From Shewanella carassii (GTDB lineage: Bacteria > Pseudomonadota > Gammaproteobacteria > Enterobacterales > Shewanellaceae): a stretch of 24,000 nt of DNA. The stretch is from positions 93,900 through 117,899 of the forward strand of contig NZ_NGVS01000007.1 in the NCBI RefSeq assembly GCF_002777975.1, read 5' to 3'. The notes under the pieces were generated by a model, which saw only the letters and a program-made list of their open reading frames with translations, was not told the DNA's origin and searched no databases. Both the position numbers and the translations under genes were made by a program. Positions 18,053 to 24,000 of this stretch are shown in pieces. Positions within the stretch are counted from its first letter, which is position 1. Each line of letters begins with the position of its first letter.

Positions 18053-19402
18053 ATGAAAACCCTCATCTGCAACGCCCAATTGGTTAATGAAGGAACAATC
18101 CGTACTCAGGATCTGCTGATCGACAACGGCCGCATCAGCCAGATTGCCTCCCAGATCACGGCTCCGGCAGGGGCTCAGGTCATAGATGCTCAGGGTAAAC
18201 ACCTGCTGCCGGGGATGATCGACGATCAGGTGCATTTCCGTGAGCCGGGTTTCCCCAATAAGGGCACCATCGCCAGTGAATCCCGCGCCGCCGTGGCCGG
18301 GGGTATCACAAGCTTTATGGAAATGCCCAATGTGAATCCGCAGACCACCAATCTGCAGGCGCTGGAAGACAAGTATACCCGCGCGTCTCAAAGTTCATTG
18401 GCCAACTTTGCTTTCTATCTCGGCGCCACCAACGATAACCTGGAAGAGATTAAACGTCTCGATCCCAACCAGGCCTGCGGGGTGAAAATCTTTATGGGCG
18501 CCTCTACCGGTAATATGTTGGTGGATAACAGTGCCACTCTGGACGGCATCTTCGCCAACTCTCCTGTGGTCATTGCCACTCACTGTGAAGACAGCCCCAC
18601 CATAGCCGCCAATGAAGCCGCCATGCGTGAAAAATACGGTGATGCCATACCTATGGAGCTGCACGGCGAAATCCGCTCCCGCGAAGCCTGCCTCAAGTCA
18701 TCTCAACTGGCGACCGAACTGGCTATTCGTCACAAGGCGCGCCTGCATGTACTGCATTTGACCACCGCCGACGAGCTCTATCTGTTTGAGCCGGCCAAGC
18801 AACTGGCACAACTCAAGGGTGCCAACATTACCGCCGAAGTCTGTGTACACCATCTTTCGTTCAACGACAGTGACTACGCCCGCCTCGGCAGCCAGATAAA
18901 GTGTAACCCGGCGATCAAGACCCTTGCCGATCAACAAGCACTGATAGATGCCGTCAATCGCGACATCATTGACATTATCGCCACAGATCACGCGCCGCAC
19001 ACCTGGGAAGAGAAGCAAGCCGACAGCTACTTCAAGGCGCCGTCCGGTTTGCCGCTGGTGCAACATGCACTGCTAAGCCTGTTGGATCTGCATGCCAAGG
19101 GGCACTTCAGCCTGGAAAAAATCGTCCAAAAGACCAGCCATGCTGTGGCCGAGCGCTTTGAACTCAAAGACAGGGGCTATCTGCGCGAAGGTTATCTGGC
19201 GGATTTGGTACTGGTGGATCTCAACAAGCCCTTCGAGGCCACGCTGGAAAACACCCGTTATCACTGCGGTTGGTCGCCCTTTACCGGCCACAAGTTTGCC
19301 GCCTCTATCAGTGGTACTTGGGTCAATGGTAAGCAACTGTTTGACGGCAGTCGCTTTATCGACAATACCCTGGGCCAACGCCTCACATTTAATCGCAGTT
19401 AA
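18053..19402 (+). CDS. Dihydroorotase-like cyclic amidohydrolase (DHOase/allantoinase superfamily, ~450-aa class)
   Basis: 449 aa with amidohydrolase metal-site motifs: PGMIDDQVHFREPG (QVH where HxH is expected), GVKIFMG, IATHCED, LHVLHLTT and IATDHAPH. Confidence 0.85.
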   Translation: MKTLICNAQLVNEGTIRTQDLLIDNGRISQIASQITAPAGAQVIDAQGKHLLPGMIDDQVHFREPGFPNKGTIASESRAAVAGGITSFMEMPNVNPQTTNLQALEDKYTRASQSSLANFAFYLGATNDNLEEIKRLDPNQACGVKIFMGASTGNMLVDNSATLDGIFANSPVVIATHCEDSPTIAANEAAMREKYGDAIPMELHGEIRSREACLKSSQLATELAIRHKARLHVLHLTTADELYLFEPAKQLAQLKGANITAEVCVHHLSFNDSDYARLGSQIKCNPAIKTLADQQALIDAVNRDIIDIIATDHAPHTWEEKQADSYFKAPSGLPLVQHALLSLLDLHAKGHFSLEKIVQKTSHAVAERFELKDRGYLREGYLADLVLVDLNKPFEATLENTRYHCGWSPFTGHKFAASISGTWVNGKQLFDGSRFIDNTLGQRLTFNRS

Positions 19403-19445
19403 TTGCGATCAATTGAACGGAACCCCCAGTCTAGCTAGGGGGTTC

Positions 19446-19487
19446 TATAGACAAAAAAGCCTCGATTTCGAGGCTTTTTTGTCTATA
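19446..19487. terminator. Bidirectional Rho-independent terminator between the DHOase-like gene and creA
   Basis: The arms are a 19-bp perfect inverted repeat, TATAGACAAAAAAGCCTCG (19446-19464) / CGAGGCTTTTTTGTCTATA (19469-19487), with loop ATTT. The GC core is GCCTCG/CGAGGC, with A6 on one side and T6 on the other. Confidence 0.85.
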
Positions 19488-19497
19488 TCTCGACCTA

Positions 19498-19986
19498 TCA
19501 GTTTACCGCTTGGGGCCTTGGCTCGTAGGCGTCGGTTCCCCACAGCGGCACAGTGGACAAGGCGTGCTTGTGGCTACCGTTGGTTTCTTTGGTGGAATAG
19601 GACAGATACAGGAGTGTCTGGTGTTCACTATCATAGATACGTCTCACCTTGAGGCTCTTGAACAAGATGCTCAAGGACTCGGTAAACACTATCTCGCCCT
19701 TCTTACCCAGTTCGATACCGGCCAGTTGCGCCTTGGTTATCGGCCCTGTCTGGCGACAGCTGATACTCATATCCGATGGGTCGGCAAAATCCAGATTAGC
19801 CTCTATGCGGCTGATATGACAGGTAACACCGGGCAGTTTGGGATCTGTCTTGGCATCTATGATCACATCTTTGGTGGTAAATACGCCCAGGCTGACCTTG
19901 CCCACATCATCGCCGCACCCGGCGAGCAAGCTTGTCGCCGCAGTCACGACTAAGGCGGCCAAGAGTGGCGTTTTTTTCAGTGCCAT
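19498..19986 (-). CDS. creA: CreA-family periplasmic/lipo-protein
   Basis: It resembles E. coli CreA as recalled (GVTCHISR, ISCRQTGPI, GEIVFTESLSILFKSLKVRRIYD, LLYLSYS). The preferred start is the ATG at 19986 (SD AGAGGA, 6-nt spacer). The N-terminus MALKKTPLLAALVVTAATSLLAG-C has a lipobox. Confidence 0.85.
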   Translation of the reverse strand: MALKKTPLLAALVVTAATSLLAGCGDDVGKVSLGVFTTKDVIIDAKTDPKLPGVTCHISRIEANLDFADPSDMSISCRQTGPITKAQLAGIELGKKGEIVFTESLSILFKSLKVRRIYDSEHQTLLYLSYSTKETNGSHKHALSTVPLWGTDAYEPRPQAVN

Positions 19987-20023
19987 GAAGAATCCTCTTT
20001 CAATCAAAGTGCAATAATTGCGA

Positions 20024-21397
20024 CTAACGGTACAGGCGCTCGGCCCAGCGGGTCAAGCCGGCCACCACAGAGCCGAAGTGATCGCCACTGACCAAAGCCA
20101 CATCCGGGAAGCGCGCGCGGATCTGCTCGGTAATATAGGGGCTCTTGGCACTGCCACCGGTGAGATAAATGACATCCGGCTGACATCCCCCTTCCGCCAA
20201 AGCTTGGGTGATGAGCTTGTGCACCGTTTCAAGCGATTCATCGATGGCGGCGACAAAGGTGGCGGCATCGACATTCACAGTCAAGGGCTGCGGTTTGGGC
20301 GCTTCGACAAAACCTATATCCATAGCGGCTTGCTTACTGTCGCTCAGGGCGATTTTAAGCTGCTCGGCACTGCGCACCAAACGATAACCCAGCTGATCTT
20401 TTTGCACCTTTAATAAGCGCGCAAGTTTCGCCTGCTCTTTGGCATCCCGTTGCAGCTCTTCAATCAGCTTGCGACTACTCAAGGCAGAGAATTCCCGCTG
20501 GGCACTGACATCGTTGACGGCGACCGCGTTCCAGAAGGGTTGCCTTGGCATAGGCTTGCCTGTGATGAGCGCACTGCCGAGCCCCAAGTGCGGCATAAAA
20601 CCGGCCATCGCCAGAGCGATATCCAGATCGTTACCCCCTACCCTTTGACCACTGTGGCCCAGGCAGTCGTCACTGCGATCTTTCTTGTCCTTAAGCTCAG
20701 GCCCCATGCGCACAAAGGAGCAGTCGCTGGTACCGCCGCCAATATCCACCACCAGCACCCGCTGCTCCCGGGTGAGTGTCGACTCAAACTCAAGGGCAGC
20801 CGCCATAGGCTCATACAGAAAAGCCACATCGGTGAACCCGGCGCGCTGGGCCCCCAGAGTCAAAATGGCCTCGGCTTGCTTGTTGCTTTGCTCGCCACCA
20901 ATGCCCTGAAAGTTAACCGGCCGCCCGATCACCACCTGGGAAATCGCCTGTTTCAGGCTCTGCTGCGCCCGGGTATGAATTTCCTGCATCATCAGGGTGA
21001 CGATATCTTCAAACAGTGCCATCTGATTGCTGAGCAGGCCCGAAGCGCCGAGGAAGGACTTGGGCGAGCGAACATAGAAGCCCTCTTCCGGCATTTCCAT
21101 ATAGGTTTCAATCGCCTGATTGCCGATGAATACCGCTTGCTCATTGGCAAGCAAATCCAGCTCCAGGCGCGCCGTTCGGGCGCGACTCAGCTCGGCGGCG
21201 CGTTTGGGTTTGAAATCAGCCTGGGCCGCCAAAGGCAAGCGCTGCAGCACAGATTCGGAAATGAGTTCCCGCTCCATGGCATAAATGGTCGACGGCATAT
21301 AGTTGCCATCCTCGGCCAGAGGCAAGAGCCGAGTCTGGCCCTCCTCCATCACGCCAATGGCGCAGTTGGCACTGCCATAGTCAAAACCTGCAAACAT
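20024..21397 (-). CDS. yegD: Hsp70/actin-fold ATPase YegD-like putative chaperone
   Basis: 457 aa. MFAGFDYGSANCAIGV, VRSPKSFLGASGL, VVDIGGGTSDCS, GGNDLDIALA, YLTGGSAKSP and the GLTRWAE tail are colinear with E. coli YegD as recalled. The SD AGGAGG lies 5 nt upstream of the start. Confidence 0.88.
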   Translation of the reverse strand: MFAGFDYGSANCAIGVMEEGQTRLLPLAEDGNYMPSTIYAMERELISESVLQRLPLAAQADFKPKRAAELSRARTARLELDLLANEQAVFIGNQAIETYMEMPEEGFYVRSPKSFLGASGLLSNQMALFEDIVTLMMQEIHTRAQQSLKQAISQVVIGRPVNFQGIGGEQSNKQAEAILTLGAQRAGFTDVAFLYEPMAAALEFESTLTREQRVLVVDIGGGTSDCSFVRMGPELKDKKDRSDDCLGHSGQRVGGNDLDIALAMAGFMPHLGLGSALITGKPMPRQPFWNAVAVNDVSAQREFSALSSRKLIEELQRDAKEQAKLARLLKVQKDQLGYRLVRSAEQLKIALSDSKQAAMDIGFVEAPKPQPLTVNVDAATFVAAIDESLETVHKLITQALAEGGCQPDVIYLTGGSAKSPYITEQIRARFPDVALVSGDHFGSVVAGLTRWAERLYR

Positions 21398-21772
21398 TCC
21401 GTCCTCCTGCTTTCGCGGGCTCTATGTGATCTCGATGCTGCTTTCAAGACAAAGCCCCCGAAAGCTGCGTCCACCGACCGAGAAAAAAGAGCGCAACATA
21501 ACATAAGCCGCATGCAAAGCCCATTGAACAACGGCGATTTATCGACCTCTTCGAACCCTTAGTGATGATTTAGAGGGGACTTAATGGAGACTTGTCATGC
21601 TCTGGACATAAATTCACTCTAGTTTGAACCAGCCGGGCCACCGGATCCCAATGTGGGCCAAGGACTCATAACCCCAGGCCTTTATTCACTGATTACAAGC
21701 GGATATCGGAGTGTTATTGTATATCTGCCGGGCTTTCTCTATACCCGGATTCTGCTAATGAGGAGTCTTAGC

Positions 21773-23875
21773 GTGTTACCGTCCGTCGAAAAATTTTCTC
21801 TGGATAAGGAGCTTTCCTGGCTGTCTTTCAATGAAAGAGTCTTGCAGGAAGCGGCCGATCCTCTGGTGCCTCTGGTGGAACGGGTTCGCTTTTTGGGCAT
21901 ATTCTCCAATAACATGGATGAGTTCTTCCGGGTCAGGGTTGCTGCGGTGCGCCGCTCGATTCTGTTATCCACCCTGCAGGAAGGCCGTAATTCCAGCCGC
22001 CATTTGATGGCCAAGATCCAAACCAAGGTATTGATACTGCAAGAGCGTTTCGACACTATCTACGGCGAGTTGATGCGAGAGCTGGCCAGACACAGCATCT
22101 TTCTTATCAATGAGAAACAGTTGAGTGATTTTCACAGCCAGTGGCTGAAAAAGCATTTCAAGGATCATCTCAAACGCCATATCGCACCGCTGATCCTCAG
22201 CAATCGCTCCGAGCTGTTTAAACAGATCAACGATGACACCACTTATCTGGCGGTGTGCCTCTACAGCCGGGAAAAGCGTCAGTACGCCTTGGTGGAAGTG
22301 CCCACCAAGAATGTGCCGCGTTTCATCCAACTGCCGGCAGAAACCTCAAAGCGCCGCAAGCATTTGATCTTGCTTGATAACATAATAAGGCACTGTGTCG
22401 ATGAGCTATTCGCCCCCTTCTTCGAATATGAAGAGATTGAAGTCTTCTCCATGAAGCTGACCCGCGACGCCGACTTCGACCTCACCGATGAGCTGGAACA
22501 GAGCCAACTGGAAAAGCTCACCAAGGGCCTGAAAAAGCGACTCACCGCCGAGCCGGTGCGTCTGGTGTATGACAAAGAGATGCCGGAGCATATGCTGAGT
22601 ATGCTTACGGCGCAGCTGAATATCTCCAATACCGAGTGCCTGATCCCCGGCGGCCGTTACCACAGCTTCAAGGACTTTATCGGCTTTCCCAATCCGGGAC
22701 GCAAATACCTGGAAAACGACAAGCTTCCGGCACTGGACTCAGCCGGATTCAGTGTCTGTGCCAACAAGTTTGACGCCATTCGCCGCGGCGATATCATGCT
22801 CTATTATCCCTATCACAAGTTTTCCCACTTTACCGAGCTGGTGCGCCAGGCGGCCTATGATCCTGCCGTCAAGTTCATCAAAATCAGCCTCTATCGGGTG
22901 GCGAGAAAGTCCCATATCATCCAGTCGCTGATAGATGCGGTGAAAAACGGCAAACAGGTCACCACAGTGATTGAACTCAGGGCCCGTTTCGATGAGCAGG
23001 CCAATATCGAGTGGAGCCGGGTGCTGGCCGAGGCCGGTGTCAAGGTGCACCATGGGATCCCAAGCTTGAAGGTCCATGCCAAGATGTGCCTTATCGGCCG
23101 CGAGGAAGCCGGTGCAATGCGCCTCTATGGCCATATTGGCTCGGGCAACTTCAACGAGGGCACGGCCAGGGTGTATACCGACCTTTCGCTGTTTACCGCC
23201 AATCAGGAAATTGCCGCCGAAATAGAACAGGTATTTGAGTTGATTGAGCACCCTTACAGACGGGATAACTTCCAGCATCTGATAGTCTCCCCCTATGATG
23301 CGCGCCAGAAGCTGACCGGCCTTATCGAGCAGGAGATCATCAATGCCCAGAGCGGCATCAAGGCCGCCATCACCCTCAAGCTCAATAATCTGGTGGATGA
23401 GGCGATGATCCAAAAGCTGTATGAAGCTTCCAGCGCCGGCGTCAAAATCCGTTTGCTTATTCGCGGTATGTGCGCGCTTATTCCCGATATTCCCGGGATC
23501 AGCAACAATATTGAGGTCTTCAGCATAGTGGACCGATTCCTCGAGCACTCGCGGGTGATGCTGTTCCACTCAGGCGGCGAAAACAAACTCTTTCTCTGCT
23601 CCGCCGACTGGATGGGGCGTAATATCGATAACCGTATTGAAGTCAGCACCCCGGTATATGATCCCGGTTTGAAGCAGATGATCCTCGATACCCTGGCGCT
23701 GCAATTTGCCGACAACATCAAGGCGCGGGTGATCAACAAAGATCAATCTAACCCCTACCGTAAGCGGGGCAACAAGCGTAAGGTAAGATCCCAAATAGCC
23801 ATACATCAGTATCTGGGCAACTACGAAAAACAGCGGCAACTGGATCTGGCCAAGCCCCAGGAACCGACGCAATAG
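21773..23875 (+). CDS. ppk: Polyphosphate kinase 1
   Basis: Colinear with E. coli Ppk as recalled (KELSWLSFNERVLQEAADP, PGGRYH.FKDF, LYYPYH.F, KVHAK, NLVD). The GTG at 21773 has SD AGGAG (21761-21765, 7-nt spacer) and gives an E. coli-like N-terminal length. The ATG at 21758 and the ORF-track GTG at 21653 lack an SD. Confidence 0.92.
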   Translation: MLPSVEKFSLDKELSWLSFNERVLQEAADPLVPLVERVRFLGIFSNNMDEFFRVRVAAVRRSILLSTLQEGRNSSRHLMAKIQTKVLILQERFDTIYGELMRELARHSIFLINEKQLSDFHSQWLKKHFKDHLKRHIAPLILSNRSELFKQINDDTTYLAVCLYSREKRQYALVEVPTKNVPRFIQLPAETSKRRKHLILLDNIIRHCVDELFAPFFEYEEIEVFSMKLTRDADFDLTDELEQSQLEKLTKGLKKRLTAEPVRLVYDKEMPEHMLSMLTAQLNISNTECLIPGGRYHSFKDFIGFPNPGRKYLENDKLPALDSAGFSVCANKFDAIRRGDIMLYYPYHKFSHFTELVRQAAYDPAVKFIKISLYRVARKSHIIQSLIDAVKNGKQVTTVIELRARFDEQANIEWSRVLAEAGVKVHHGIPSLKVHAKMCLIGREEAGAMRLYGHIGSGNFNEGTARVYTDLSLFTANQEIAAEIEQVFELIEHPYRRDNFQHLIVSPYDARQKLTGLIEQEIINAQSGIKAAITLKLNNLVDEAMIQKLYEASSAGVKIRLLIRGMCALIPDIPGISNNIEVFSIVDRFLEHSRVMLFHSGGENKLFLCSADWMGRNIDNRIEVSTPVYDPGLKQMILDTLALQFADNIKARVINKDQSNPYRKRGNKRKVRSQIAIHQYLGNYEKQRQLDLAKPQEPTQ

Positions 23876-23879
23876 CAAA

Positions 23880-24000
23880 ATGAGGACCACCTTGACTGCA
23901 ACACCCAAGCATTTTGTCGCCGTGGATATGGGCTCCAACAGCTTTCATCTGGTGATAGCCCGCGAGCAGGATGGCAGCATTCAGATCCTGCATAAAGAGA
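23880..24000 (+). CDS. ppx: Exopolyphosphatase (Ppx/GppA family), 3'-truncated by the window end
   Basis: The ATG at 23880 lies 4 nt after the ppk stop. The translation is MRTTLTATPKHFVAVDMGSNSFHLVIAREQDGSIQILHKE. The motif AVDMGSNSFHLVIAR matches the Ppx/GppA N-terminal phosphate-binding motif, and ppk-ppx is a known operon arrangement. It is absent from the ORF track because no stop codon lies in the window. Confidence 0.85.
   Translation, partial: MRTTLTATPKHFVAVDMGSNSFHLVIAREQDGSIQILHKE

Noticed and set aside
19092-19652. A 186-aa + strand ORF spanning the end of the DHOase-like gene, the terminator and the creA 3' end
   Set aside because: It is an out-of-frame overlap with two confidently called genes and crosses a strong bidirectional terminator. 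Its translation is of low plausibility.
20450-21562. A 370-aa ORF on the + strand, the second-longest unexplained ORF in the track
   Set aside because: It lies almost entirely antisense to yegD, whose product is colinear with E. coli YegD. Its translation is low-complexity (R/L/G/A/H/Q-rich), and it has no SD and no recognisable motif. It is a typical shadow ORF on the strand opposite a real gene.
21592-21609. A Pho-box-like direct repeat, TTGTCAT-GCTC-TGGACAT, upstream of ppk
   Set aside because: Only 6/7 and 4/7 positions match the CTGTCAT repeats, and the spacer is GC-rich where an A/T-rich one is expected. It is too weak to call a PhoB site, so it is only mentioned within the mini-ORF finding.
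21653-21772. N-terminal extensions suggested by the ORF track: ppk from 21653, the lipoprotein from 13603 (TTG), the QueD-like gene from 17873 and creA from 20007
   Set aside because: In each case an internal start has a proper SD at 5-8 nt and gives an N-terminus matching homologues or a clean signal peptide. The longer forms lack an SD and add non-homologous residues.
22739-23569. A 276-aa ORF antisense to ppk, with similar long antisense ORFs at 6937-7641 (pflB), 14145-14834 (yciB/yciI), 1822-2523 (TBDR), 10031-10669 (ackA) and 11234-11884 (pta)
   Set aside because: Each lies wholly inside a confidently identified gene on the other strand. None has an SD or recognisable domains, and all have biased composition. 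I treat them as shadow ORFs.
1-24000. A search by eye for mobile elements, CRISPR repeats, toxin-antitoxin pairs, restriction-modification or other defence genes, tRNA/rRNA genes, and long direct or inverted repeats marking an island
   Set aside because: I found none. Every ORF over 60 aa that is not a shadow has a housekeeping assignment, and gene order matches conserved enterobacterial/Shewanella-type blocks. No integrase, transposase, att-like or tRNA boundary is visible. A computational repeat and composition scan would be needed to exclude subtle features.

Overview
The window reads as one intact stretch of core chromosome from a gammaproteobacterium. The gene order focA-pflB-pflA / yfbV / ackA-pta / yciB-yciI-xthA looks Shewanella-like, which is my inference from gene content and not a database result. 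I support 20 protein-coding genes. They are: a 5'-truncated TonB-dependent receptor; yhdT-panF; the anaerobic pyruvate-to-formate/acetate module (focA, pflB, pflA, ackA, pta, with yfbV between them); a small orphan lipoprotein; yciB-yciI-xthA; an M23 peptidase; a tandem T-fold QueD/PTPS-like protein lying divergent to a dihydroorotase-like amidohydrolase; creA; yegD; ppk; and the first 40 codons of ppx, which is missing from the ORF track because it runs off the window. All genes have lengths matching their E. coli counterparts as I recall them, so I see no pseudogenes. By eye I found no rRNA, tRNA, CRISPR array, transposase, integrase, phage gene or recognisable defence gene. I see no convincing evidence of a novel multi-gene system here; this is an ordinary housekeeping region. 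The leads most worth a second look are: (1) the divergent QueD-like / DHOase-like pair, with complementary active-site halves in the T-fold protein, a Gln in the HxH metal motif of the amidohydrolase, and a 16-bp perfect palindrome plus CCGAT repeats between them; (2) a tight cluster of DnaA-box sequences, including a perfect TTATCCACA, in the pta-downstream intergenic region; (3) FNR-type boxes at both ends of an 871-bp AT-rich divergent control region, one of them a perfect palindrome in front of yhdT-panF. All homology statements rest on motifs and sequences recalled from memory and need BLAST/HMM confirmation.
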